Positions 50,901-63,108 of a DNA stretch of 64,000 bases are shown piece after piece. The DNA is from Basidiobolus meristosporus CBS 931.73. Taxonomy: Eukaryota; Fungi; Basidiobolomycota. The stretch is taken from assembly GCA_002104905.1 (NCBI GenBank), contig MCFE01000468.1:1-64000 (forward strand), given 5' to 3'. A program made the translations under genes and the position numbers. Under the pieces are notes generated by a model. The model worked only from the letters and a program-made list of their open reading frames with translations, made no database searches and was not told the DNA's origin. Position 1 is the first letter of the stretch. Each line of letters begins with the position of its first letter.

Positions 50901-52636
50901 GCTAATGGCTAACCCAGATCCAGGGACTAGACTTTGAGGAAACATTTGCACTGATTGCCAAGATGAACTCCATTAGGACAATTCTAGCCTTGGCAGCTGT
51001 AAACAGTCTGGATCTAAACCATATGGACGTCAAAACAGCCTTTCTAAATGGGGATTTGCAAGAAACTATATATATGGAGCAACCAGAAGGCTTTATGGAT
51101 CCAAAAGTACCCCATAAGGTGTGCAAACTTAGGAAATTGATATATGGGCTTAAGCAGGCACCTAGAGCATGGTATAACAAGATTGGCACATACCTAAAGG
51201 AAATTGGGTTCTCTCATTGAACTGCGGATTACAGTATATATGTGAGACAGATCATAAAGGGTGTAATCATCCTAGTACTTTATGTACACAACCTGATTAT
51301 AGCTTCTAGCAACCAAGAGGCACTTATACAGACAAAATTAGATCTCTTCAACAAGTTTGAGATGAAAGATCATGGAAAATTGTGCTATTTTCTTGGTATT
51401 GAGGTCCAATTTGACATACCCACGTAGAAAATTGTGCTGAATCAGTCTAAGTACATCAGGGACATTCTTAGACGCTTCAAAATGGAAAATTGCAAGCCTG
51501 CAGCTACCCCTATGGACAATAACCTAAGATTAAGCAAATCTCAGCCAGCTATAGATGAAACTGGCTCAAATATGGACCAAAGCATCCCCTATCAATCAAT
51601 GGTTGGTAGCCTACTGTACATAATGGTGTCTACATGTCCAGATATTGCAGTGGCAGCTAGAATAGTCAGTCAATTCATGCAGAATAATGGATCAGATCCA
51701 ATTACAGCAGTTAAGCGGATTTTCAGATATCTACAAGGTACCATAAATATGATACTGGATTACTCTGGAGCAGCTAATAGGCAAATACCTGATGGTTATA
51801 GTAGTTCAGATTGGGGTAGAAATCTGATAGACAGATGCTCCACCACAGGCTATGTATTTCTTTATGCTGGTGCCATTTTTACTTGGAATTGCAAGAAACA
51901 GCCAACTGTGGCCCTATCTACAACTGAAGCAGAATATGTGGCTGCATGTCATGCAACTTAGAAGGCTATATGGCTACAAAAATTATTCAAAGACTTAGGT
52001 TTTAATTCAGATGAACCAAGATGTATTTACAAGGATAATCAAAGTTGTATTTCATTAGCTAGAAATCCTACTAATCATGCCAGAACTAAGCACATTGATA
52101 TACTGCATCACGTTGTGAGGGAAGCTGTAGAAAATAATCTAGTACAGTTAGTGTACTGCCCAACTAACAAAATGGTGGCAGATATATTGACAAAACCACC
52201 AGCTAGGCCACAATTTGAGCATCTCAGGCAGGAATTAGGTTTAAGAAATTATTTAGTTGAGAGGGAGTGTCAACATATTGGACTATTTGGTATCATTCTG
52301 CCGCTAAAAATTTACTTATCAATTCTGGACTAGTCTTGGTCACTGTGGGACTAATTTACAGCTCTGACTTTGCCACTTTCTTCAGATCTATGATCTTATG
52401 ATTATTCACCTATAGTCAGGATAAAATCAGCATTAATACTAACCATTATGTACTAACCCTGAAACTGTTACAGAATGCTCCTGAATATTTAGAAACCCTC
52501 CTTACTTAGTGTTACAGCTGTATTACTTCTACAAAGGTATAAATACTGAGCTTCTTTACTAATAAACAACAGTTCAACTATTATCACTATTTCTTGATAA
52601 ATTCCTTATATCCAAATCACTTCTTAAATTCCAACA
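47953..52636 (+). mobile_element. Ty1/Copia copy 1, full-length, 5-bp TSD GAATA
   Basis: LTRs 47953-48320 and 52268-52636 (TG...CA); PBS GGTTATGAGCCC 48321-48332; PPT GAGAGGGAG 52259-52267; gag 48357, protease WYIDSGASQH, integrase VHLDICGP/FIDD, RT DVKTAFLNG, RNase H STTEAEY/KHID; several stops. Confidence 0.95.
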
Positions 52637-55164
52637 GAATAATCATACAATCATAGATCTGAGGAAAGTGGCAATGTTAGAGCTGTAAATTAGTCCCACA
52701 GTGACTAAGACTAGTCCAGAATTGCCAAGTAAAATTTTAGCAGCAGAATGATACCAAATAGTCCAATATGTTGACACTCCCTCTGAACTGTATAATTTCT
52801 TAAACCTAATTTCTGCCTGAGATGCTCAAATTGTGGCCTAGCTGGTGGTATTGTCAATATATCTGCCACCATTTTGGTAGTTGGGCAGTACACTAACTCT
52901 ACCAAGTTATTTTTTACAGCTTCCCTCACAAAGTAAGGCTGTATATCAATGTGTTTAGCTCTGGCATGATTAGTAGGATTTCTAGCTAATGAAATACAAC
53001 TTTGATTATCCTTGTAAATACATCTTGGTTCATCTGAATTAAAACCTAGGTCTTTGAATAATTTTTGTAGCCATATAGCTTCCTAAGTTGCTTGACATGC
53101 AGCCAAATATTTTGCTTCAGTTGTGGATACGCCCACAGTTGGTTGTTTCTTGCAATTCCAAGTAATAATGGCACCAACATAAAGAAATACATAGCCCGTG
53201 GTGGAGCATCTGTCAATCAGATTTCTACCTCAATCTGAAGCACTATAACCATCAAGTATTTGCCTATTTGCTGCTCCAGAGTAATCTAGTATCATATTTA
53301 TGGTACCTTGTAGATATCTGAAAATCCGCTTAACTGCCGCAATTTGATCTGATCCATAATGCTGCATGAATTGACTGACTCTTCCAACTGCCACTGCAAT
53401 ATCTAGATATATAGCCACCATTAAGAACATTAGGCTAACAACCATTGACTGATAGGGGAAGTTTTGGTCCACATTTGAGACATTTTAATCTATGACCGGC
53501 TGAGATTTGCTTAACGTCAGGTTATTGTCCACTGGGGTAGCTGCCGGTTTGCAATTTTCCATTTTGAAGCATCTAAGAATATCCCTGATGTACTTAGACT
53601 GAGTCATCTCAATTTTCTGTATAGGTATTTCAAGTTTGACCTCAATTTCAAAACAAAAGCTCAATTTTCCATGATCTTTCATCTCAACCTTGCTGAAGAG
53701 ATCTGATTTTGTATGTATAAGTGCCTCTTGGTCACATGTAGTTATAATTAGGCTGTCCACATAAAGAACTAGGATGATCACACCCTTTTTGAGCTGTCTC
53801 ACATATATACTGTGATCTGCAGTGCAATAAGTGAACCCAATTTCCTCTAGATATGTGTCAATCTTGTTATACCATGCTCTAAGTGCCTGCTGAAGCTCAT
53901 ACATCAATTTTCTAAGTTTGCACAACTTACAGCGGTCATTTGGATTGGTAAAACCTTCTGGTTGCTCCATATATATAGTCTCTTGCAAATCCTCATTTAG
54001 AGAAGCTGTTTTGATGTCCATTTGGTGTAGATCTAGACTGTGTACAGCTGCCAGGGCTAGAACTGTCCTAATGGAGTTCAACTTGGCAACCAGAGCAAAT
54101 GTTGCCTTAAAGTCTAGTCCCTGGATCTAGGAATAGCCTTTAGCCACCAATCTAGCTTTGTACTTATCAATGGCACCATTTAAGATTATCTTGATCTTGT
54201 AAATCCATCTACATCCTATTGGCTTTCTTCCATTTGGTAAATCTACCAGCTCCCACATTTTTACCATGATCAGTGATTGGTACTCCTCCTGCATGGCTGT
54301 TGCCACATAGTAGCATCTGGATCTTGCATAGCCTGTTCCAGATTCTGAGGTTTGGCACATAAGGCAAGATAAGCTTCTTCATGATCATTGGATGTCTGCC
54401 ACCAGATTCAAGGGCATTTCTTATTCTGGTAGATCTCCTAACTGGGATAATCTGATCTGATCTGGAACTGGTAGAAGTACTTCCGTATCTGGCTGGATTT
54501 GGTACGTATCTTTTTCATTGGTGTTGATTGTATCATCAGGCAACTGGTCAATGATTTCTGTGGCTTTCTGATCTAAATTCTCCTCAAATACAATGTCCCC
54601 ACTCTTGATATGCTTCTGAATTTTGCCACCATACACTCTATACCCTTCAGTATCTTCACAATACCCAAGAAAGATCCCTCTCCTACTCTTTGGTTCCAAC
54701 TTTGGGCGTTTTTTATCAGGGATGTAATAAAAAACATCACTGCCAAAGATCTTAAAGTGCTGGAGATCTGGGTTTTTGCCTGTATATGCTTCAAAGGGTA
54801 TAGATTCATGTAGAGCTACTGTTGGGCATCTGTGCTTGATGTACACAGCGGTAGCAACAGATTCAGCCCAAAACCTGTGGTCCATTCCCTTGAAAAGTAG
54901 CGTAGATCTTCCCATCTCTACGATTGCTCTATTTGCATATTCTGCTACTCCATTCTGCTGTGGAGTATGAGGAACTGTTGTCTGTTGAAGTATACCAGTA
55001 GACAAGCAGTATTTTGCAAACTCCTTTGAACAGTATTCTCCTCCATTGCACTTTATAGTACCTTCAATTTACACCCAGTGTGTGCTTCTGTCATGTTCTT
55101 GAAGTGTTTAAACGTTTATAAAGCCTCACCCATTGTTTTGAGGAAGTAAACCCATGTATATATT

Positions 55165-55898
55165 AGACTTGTTCTGTTGGATAGTGCCACATTGAGCCAT
55201 GAGTGCCAAATGATGCCATAGTGTGCCAGAGAGGTCAAGTGAGCCTATACTTGGCCACACAGTGTGGAACATAGCTCTGCATCTTCATGTAAAGCAGCCC
55301 CTGTGTTTCACTCATTGCGCAGGAGAAAATCCATTTTTTGACCTTTTTTTGTGGACCAATGTAGCTCAGGATGTGAAAGAGCACAGGAGAACTGAAGATA
55401 TGCATCTGGTACTCAATACCCATGGCACTCTGAATCTAGCTCCTGTAGCTTGTATCATGTCACAAAAATGAATGGCACTATCTTGGTCCACTGGTACTAT
55501 CTGGCACTATAATTAAATATTAGCCCTAAAATAAGATCTATACAAAGCACTTATAGTGCCAGATAGTACCAGTGGACCAAGATAGTGCCATTCATTTTTG
55601 TGACATGATACAAGCTACAGGAGCTAGATTCAGAGTGCCATGGGTATTGAGTACCAGATGCATAGCTTCAATTGGCTTGTGCTCTAACACATCCTGCACA
55701 ACATTGATCCAAACAAAAAGGTCAAAAAATGGATTTTCTCCAACTCAATGGGTGAAACACAGGGGCTGCTTTGCCTGAAGATGCGGAGCTATGTTTCACA
55801 CTCTGTGGCCAGGTAGAGGCTCACTTGGCTTCTCTGGCACACTATGGCATCATTTGGCACTCATGGCTCAATGTGGCACTATCCAACAGATCAAGTCT
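55165..55898. mobile_element. Foldback MITE (734 bp), second full copy, ATT TSD, inserted in Copia integrase
   Basis: att|AGACTTGTTCTGTTGG ... CAGATCAAGTCT|att. Removing the element plus one ATT restores the length of the homologous site in Copia copy 1 (~49870-49890). Confidence 0.92.
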
Positions 55899-58125
55899 AT
55901 TGTTTTGTCAGCCATAAACATCCTTAAGTATCTCTTAGCTCCAATGGACAGCGTTCTCATGGCATACAGACACTCCATTTGGTTGAAATTGAGGAACTTA
56001 GGTCTAAAAAAGCTTGGTTTTCACTAATTGACACATTTTTGGGCACCCAATTTGTCCAAGCCTCCTATGCCATGTGTCCCAGGTAGTATCATCAGTTTCA
56101 GCAATGTTGGCATATTCAGCCACAATGATCTTGCATTGTAACTTGAATATATTGTGCCCTCTGATACCCATAGCTAACTTTTATCCATATTCACTCAATA
56201 TTGGGCAGTTCAGCTTAGTAAAACAAATTTCAGTCACTGAGCAGTTACTTTATTGGCTGAGAGCAAGTTTTTAGCTATTCCAGGTACGTAGAATACATCT
56301 GTGAGTTTTGCTGCTGTAGCCTCTGAGGTATCACTCATATTTAAAGTATAGACCCACTAGAGGTAGCTTCCTGAGCAGAGTTGTCTCCCAATTAAACCAT
56401 TCTTGCAGAAATAGTCCTTAAGATGCTGAACTACTCCTTTATATGGTATATATCCTGTGATGTTCCAGAGTCAACACACCATTTATTACTTTGTTAATTG
56501 CACTCTCTTGTACAGTGACAAATAACTGTTCATCAGTAGTTGTATGGTTTGCCTGCTTCAGTTCCTGTTTTTTGTCTGCATGCTTCTTCTTGCATTCTCT
56601 TGCCCAGTGTCCTAGCTTCTTACAGTAGTTACAGCAACCAGGTTTTCTTTAGCTTTGGTTTTGTTGCTTCCCATCTTTTCTGAGTGCTTTTCTGGACTGA
56701 ATAAAACATTATCTTCGATTTTTGCTGCTTGATCATTATGTCTGAGTCCTTCATGGAGAAGTCTTCCATTGAAATAGTCTAAAGTCAAGTTGTCTTCTCT
56801 GCTTTCAAAAGAAAGTATGAGTTTCTCATACTTGTCTGGTAGGCTTCAAGGAGACAGAGTATCTTTTCTTCATCATGTATACCAGCATTAATACTATAAA
56901 TTGCTTCTACTAGTGTCTCCATTCTGGTAATGAGTTGTGGCAAGTCATCATCTGGCTTTTTCCTCATGTTGAAAAACTTTTATTTAAACAAAGCTTGCTC
57001 AATACTGACTAAAGACCTTTCTCTCCTACTCTTGAAACTTCTCCACTTCTTCTGCTGTTCCTTTGGGCTTAACTTCTTTTCCTGTCACTATATTCCAAAG
57101 CTTTCTTTCCTCAAGGTGGAGCTGCCTCTTGTTTCTCCAAAGATTGTAGTTCTTCCAATCAAGCCTCTCCTTTACAGGGAAGATTTGTGTATTTCTCTAT
57201 TTGCTGGTAGAAGTCATGTTTAGAATAGGTTAAGGCAATTGGGGCTCATAACCAGTTGCAATTTATGAAGTGATTTGGATATAAGAAACTTATCATGATA
57301 TAGTCATAATAGATGAACTGTTATTTATTCATAAAGAGGAGTGGTATTTATACCTTTGTAGAAGTAATACAGCTGTAACATCAAGTAAAAGGGTTTCTTG
57401 ACATTCAGGAGCATTCTGTAACAGTTTCACAGTTAGTACATAATGTTTGGTAAAATGTGTTAATTTAATTTTCAATATAGGGCAATAACCTAAGAATCAT
57501 ATGTGCGAAGAATCTGGCAAAGTTGGGGCTGCAAATAGATCCTACAGTGACTAATACTACTCTAAAATTGCTGCAAATGGGAATGCTCTGATGATCTTAA
57601 ATGGTACACTTTATTGTAGCTTGAACATCTCTCAAGTGCTGTTTCCCAGCAATGCAGAGTTTACAAGTGTCAATTCCTCTAGCAGTTTAGTCTTATCAAG
57701 TCTCTGCTGCATCTTTTCTGCACTTTTGGATAGCTTAGTTTGTGCCTCTTGAAGTATTTGTTGAAACAAATAGAAGTTCACCTAATTATCAATGTACTGT
57801 GAAGTAGCACTTAGTTAAGTTATATATTTCTGCGTATTAACTCAAAAATAAGTTATTAAACCATGGCATATTATTAGGAATTAGGAAGTACATAATTTTG
57901 CGAGAATCTCAATCTTGTCCAAATGAGCTGAAATTTGGCACATGTGCTTCTGAGACTCCACTAATTATGACTAAACAGTTACTTAAACATAGTTTGAAAT
58001 AAGCATTAATACTGTGTTGCAACTAAATCAGTTATCAAGTAAATATCATATAAATCTTCCAGTTCTCCATTTCACTTCAAACATGTCACTCAAATATTTC
58101 AGCAGTTTTTGTTCCAATAGTTAGT

Positions 58126-58985
58126 AGACTTGTTCCATCATATGGCGCTAGGGTGTGCAGAGCCACTATTGGCTGTTAAGCACAATCAGGTGCAGTGCTG
58201 TAGCTACTAGTAGGCATGATTTCTCTTGTACAATACTGCGCTATATAGGACAATCTTGCAAACTATGGCACAATCTGACACAATAAGGTTGGCACAGACA
58301 ATTGCACTAACTTATAGTGCTTTCATTGTGTGCACAATTGGATACTACTATTGTGGTAGGTAAAGTTTAGTATTTGGATATTTTACTTTATTGTATATGA
58401 AAATAAATGTGAATCACAAAATACACTACACTGTTACTTGCCAACTAGGTTATAATCACTCCAATTGGACAGGTTGTCAGTGATTGATTGGTCTAAAAGT
58501 ATTCTAAAGCTCAAAGCCACCAATTAGCTCATTGACCAACTTATAAGCCACCCCATTTGTCATCAAATATCCCATTTTGCACATTGAGCAAGCAAGTCTC
58601 TGATTTTAGTGATTGGACTTGGTGTCATTGATAGTAACTGGTTGGCTAGGTGCAGGACAGATCAAATAGCTACACTAGTGTTAGAGTTGATGTATAAATA
58701 TGCAGTGTAATTTCTTTTAGGGGTTCTGTCTCAAGAGTGAGACAACCTTTGTAATACTTACATCAAAAATTTAGTGATCACCGGATTACAATGGCTTGAG
58801 TTGGATTGCAAAAAAATTTGTGTTGTATGGATCATGACAAATGATAGAGATTCAGTACAATTGCATCATCTCCTCCTAGGTCTTTTTCTGATAGTGATTA
58901 CTATTGAAGCATTTGGCAGTAATGCACTTTGCACAACTAAGCTACTTCCTTATTGACCATCATCTTGCCAACTTGTGTACTAGTA
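58126..58985. mobile_element. ORF2-side arm of the PHIS element (truncated copy)
   Basis: agt|AGACTTGTTCCATC; collinear with 22580-23420. Confidence 0.78.
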
Positions 58986-58991
58986 GACAGT

Positions 58992-60603
58992 CTAGCTAAA
59001 CACCCTATTTTTATACAACTCCTTTACCAAGACTTGTACCAATGATAGCTACAATAATCAAGAGTCTTTTCAAGAAAGAGGAGGTTGCCAATTCCAAGAT
59101 GTCAGAAAATCAAGAATGGAAAAATGCTAAGCAGCTAATCATGGCCTAACAGCAATAGTTACTCCAGATCCTCAGTCAGCAGTAATAAGTAATGACTACT
59201 ATGGTACAGAATCAGCTAAGCCCTGTCAAGAGCAACCTTAGTGTGATGGTCAACCTGTACCATGGTAGAGTGACTGAAAGCCTGGGAGCTTGGCTCTTTC
59301 AAATTGAAGAGACTCTCAAGATAAACAAATTGTCCCAGAAAGCAATTTGCATTGTGCAGCTTCATATTTGGCAAATGCAGCCTCACAGTGTTACCCCAAA
59401 AATATCAGGTCCACCACTATGAGGGGATGCTTAGCTAGCTCAACCTAGGATGAGTTTTTGTTGGAAATTGAGGATGCTTTTAAGCCTCCTGACCAGCAAA
59501 TGTTACCAAGGGGGATTCTGAACTCAATAAAATAGAAAGGAACAGTTCAAGGATACATATATGTGTATTGATATCTACTTGGACAGATTGATAGAATGGA
59601 GCCCCTTGATCAAGCTGAATACTTTATTAATGGGTCAAAAGAAAGAACTTGCAGGAAGTGAGTTATTGAAGACCATAGACTATTGAAGAAGCCATCAAGA
59701 TTGCCATTAGCTATGACTCTGCTGTGTCTGGGGCTCAGAAGCCTATAATGACTAACCAGAGAGGCTATGATCACTATGAAGCAAGACAGTTAGATGCAGT
59801 ACCAATGGAAACAGAAGCTATGTAGAAGAATCCTACCTCAGAAGAATGTAAGAAGGAAGGGCTTTGCTTCAATTGCCACCAGTAAGGACATCTTGTAAAG
59901 ACTCATATATCACCTTCTATATGACAGAAGAATACCTACCCCAGACAACCTCAAACTCAGGAAAGCTATTATACTTGAATGGAGTAATCAATGGAGTACC
60001 TGCCAAGATCATGATTGACTCAGGAGCATCACATGAGTACACATCAGAGTAATTTGCCTTGAGACCTGGAATCAGCTTGGATCCCACCAAATCCACTTCA
60101 GTCTCAACAGTTCATGGGAGCTCTCAAATAGCTAATGGTATTATTCAGCCAGTAAGAATAAAGATCAATGATTATGAAGATGAATACAGGCCTATACAGA
60201 TGGGAACTGAAAGTGTAATTTTGTACTTTGGGAAAACATGGCTATTCTATTGTAATCTACCATTCACCTGGATAACCCATGCCAACCAGATCCAAAAAGA
60301 CAACCAGACTTATGAGCTCTCACCTGCTAGAGAGTAATTGAGCAAGGACAATTCCAGCATCTGTAAAACAAGTGAACATAGCAAGAGACAGCTCTGTAGA
60401 CCACTTGGAAAAGGTACACAGATGTTCCTCATGGCAGTATTAGAGGAGAACTCCTCTATTCCAGTACCCCATAAGATCCAGACTCTTTTGAAGTAATATT
60501 CAGATGTGTTTCCAGATAGGCTTGTAAGACATTCACTATGCAGATATGTAGATCAAGCCATTGGCACATGTGACAGCCCCTCAGTGGGCAAGACACCCTA
60601 CAG
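58992..60603 (+). pseudogene. Ty3/Gypsy LTR end plus gag-protease fragment
   Basis: LTR end at 59041; gag-like ..WLFQIEE.., CFNCHQ.GH knuckle, protease IMIDSGASH, then SDVFPD...PYR preceding the missing RT. Confidence 0.78.
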
Positions 60604-61110
60604 GATTGAAGACCTGCATCTGGTGCTCCATATACATGGCACTCAGAATCTAGCTCCTATGGCTTGGATCATGTCACAAAAATGAATGGCACTATCTTGG
60701 CCAACTGGTACTATCTGGTACTACAAGTGCATTGTATAGGTTTCAATTTATGGCTACTATTTAAATACAGTGCCAGATAGTACCAGTTGGCCAAGATAGC
60801 GCCATTCATTTTTGTGACATGATATAAGCCATAGGAGCTAGATTCTGAGTCCATGTGTATGGAGTACCAGATGCAGGTCTTCAATCCTTTTGTGGTCTTA
60901 CACATCCTGCAAAACATTGATCCAAAAGAAAGGTCAATAACTGAATTTTCTCTGGCTTGATGGGTGAAACACAGGGGCTGCTTTGCATGAAGATGAAGAG
61001 CTATGTTTCACACTCTGTTGCCAAGCATAGGCTTTCTTGGCTTCTGTGGCACACTATTGCACTGTTTGGCACTCATGGCTCAATGTGATACTATCCAATG
61101 GAACAAGTCC
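60604..61110. mobile_element. Foldback MITE, third copy, left arm truncated
   Basis: Inner left arm, reversed spacer and full right arm ending GGAACAAGTCC|act. Confidence 0.82.
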
Positions 61111-63105
61111 ACTGAATGACAATGCACTGGGGAGTTCTCACTTGGTCTTTGGTTGCTAGGAAAGAAAAGGTAGCTTTCATACCCACAGGCATAGCTAAGC
61201 AGTTACCGTCTTGGCCCAGTAGGGCTTGAGCTTCTAAAGGGCTTGCATCAACCATCAATAAAGATGGCCATTCAGTGTTCTGATAGTCAAGAGGTCTTAG
61301 AACTGGTGGGGATACTAGGGCCTCCTTTAGTAGTTGCATTGCATTTTCTTGCTGTTCTCTCTATATAAATGTGGCATTCTTTCTTTGTAGTTGGCAAACT
61401 AGTTCTGCAATTTCAGAAAATCATGGTTTCCAGATCCTAAAGAACCCAAAAGCTGCCACAAAGCCACAAGCTTGGGTCAGGTTTGTGGGAGTGGGCCAGT
61501 TGCATATCTATTGTATTTTGGAGTCTTCAGATAAGCAACCATAAGTGTTGCATGTTTGTCCAACAATAGATATCTCTGATATACCATAGCTGCTCTACTC
61601 ACCATTGATAAAGAGTCCTGCTTCTTCAGTAGCTCCTAATATAGCATTGTTGTCCAAGATGTGGTCATAGACAAGCTTTCCTACTCCAGGCATAACTTCA
61701 GTAGTGTCCCAGAACCTTGGTCCTTGGATGCCTATGTTATCAATAAAGACAGCAAGTGTCTCAGGTTTTAGCTGGTACAGCACATCCACTATGCATCTCT
61801 GAAATTGAGTCATGGATTTTGTAGCTCCTTAGCTGAGTCTTGTCATCTGTGACAGTTGAAATGGTGTCTGGAGTGCAAATATATCTCTTGATGTCTCATC
61901 TAGGTGGAGCTGGTCATATCCTGAGTAGGGATCACATACTGAGTAGATTGAGTAGCCACTGAAGCTCTCTGCAAAGTCATCAATAGATGGAGGTATTGCA
62001 GCATCTCTGATAGTGACAGCATCTGCAGGTTGCATGTCTTGAATGAATTAGAGCTTTTTATTCTTCTTTTTGGTCACAAACCATCTGCTAGAGTATGGTC
62101 CATGCAAAGGCTCTGAAATACCAGCATCAATCTTTTTCTTGGGTAGATCATGCACATCAGCTTGGAGTCCTGGGGCAGTGGGTAAGCCCTGAATGACCAG
62201 GGCATGTATGGCATTTTATGAACCTTAATAGGCTTTTCAACTAATGTCTTCAAGAGCCCCATCTCCTGGTCATCATATGTGAAAGCCTTATCATGCATTT
62301 TATGGGTTTCTTCAAATAGTAAGATCTCCTCTGGTGTTAGATTACCATTACCAATGATATGTTGCCTAAGTCTCTCAGGTGTTGCTTCTGGTGGGGTAAT
62401 GCCATCAGCAAGTCAAGATCCATAAGTCAAAGTTGAAAGTGATGGTTTAATTGTCTGCTCAACTGTCGTGTCTATTATTTGAGCTATGGCTGTCTGTGCT
62501 GGTATACCTAATGCGCAGCACTAAGTGTTAGGTTGTATTTTGTCAGGCTCCTCATCTTTTTCTATAGCAAGATGCCTCTTCTGGCAAGCAGTGTGTGTCC
62601 TCTCATTGTTGGGTGATACACCACAGAAGGTTGACTGTAGTCCCAGGTTTGATCCTTCTATAGTCTACCACACTAACCCATTGAAATAGTGGATAGTAGT
62701 AGCCTTGGTGCTGATTTCCCATGGCCTACCCAGCAGAAGGTCTAAGTTTGCTTTCTGCCTAATAAAGAGGGGAAGCCAGTCCCTGATTTCTTGTACCTTA
62801 ATTGGGAACTTGTGCACTACACCATAAAGTGGACTAGATCCTGAGGTTGCATCAGTCATGTTCCATCCAATATCTCTATCAACAGGCAGCAGTGCCTTGC
62901 TACTGAGTGTCTTCCAGAAGTCTAGCAGCATAGCACATATCTTTGAGCCACTGTCAATATGACAGTCAACAGAGTCTTCATATATATATTCTTTCACCAC
63001 AGTGGTTGCAACTGAGTAAAAGGTCTTATGGTCAGAACTATCCTCATTCTTCTGGTGGTCATCATAATTTGTCAGTTGAGGGCTTGAGTAACCCAATGAA
63101 AGATA
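61111..63105 (-). pseudogene. Ty3/Gypsy pol fragment (protease, RT, RNase H)
   Basis: HIDSGSKI (protease); PPSIDDFAESFSG...YSGYDQ and FIDNIGIQGP (RT); LMVDASP (RNase H); many stops. Confidence 0.8.
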
Positions 63106-63108
63106 ATT

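Larger units (their letters stand above)
47719..57620 (-). mobile_element. Ty1/Copia copy 2 (decayed); its 3' LTR (47719-47952 + 52637-52776) is split by copy 1 and its integrase by a MITE
   Basis: Minus-strand gag 57223-56400, integrase ~56100-54421, RT 54360-53485, RNase H 53230-52790; PBS reverse complement at 57242-57253; PPT next to 52777; diverged 5' LTR from 57254 (far edge approximate). Confidence 0.85.
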
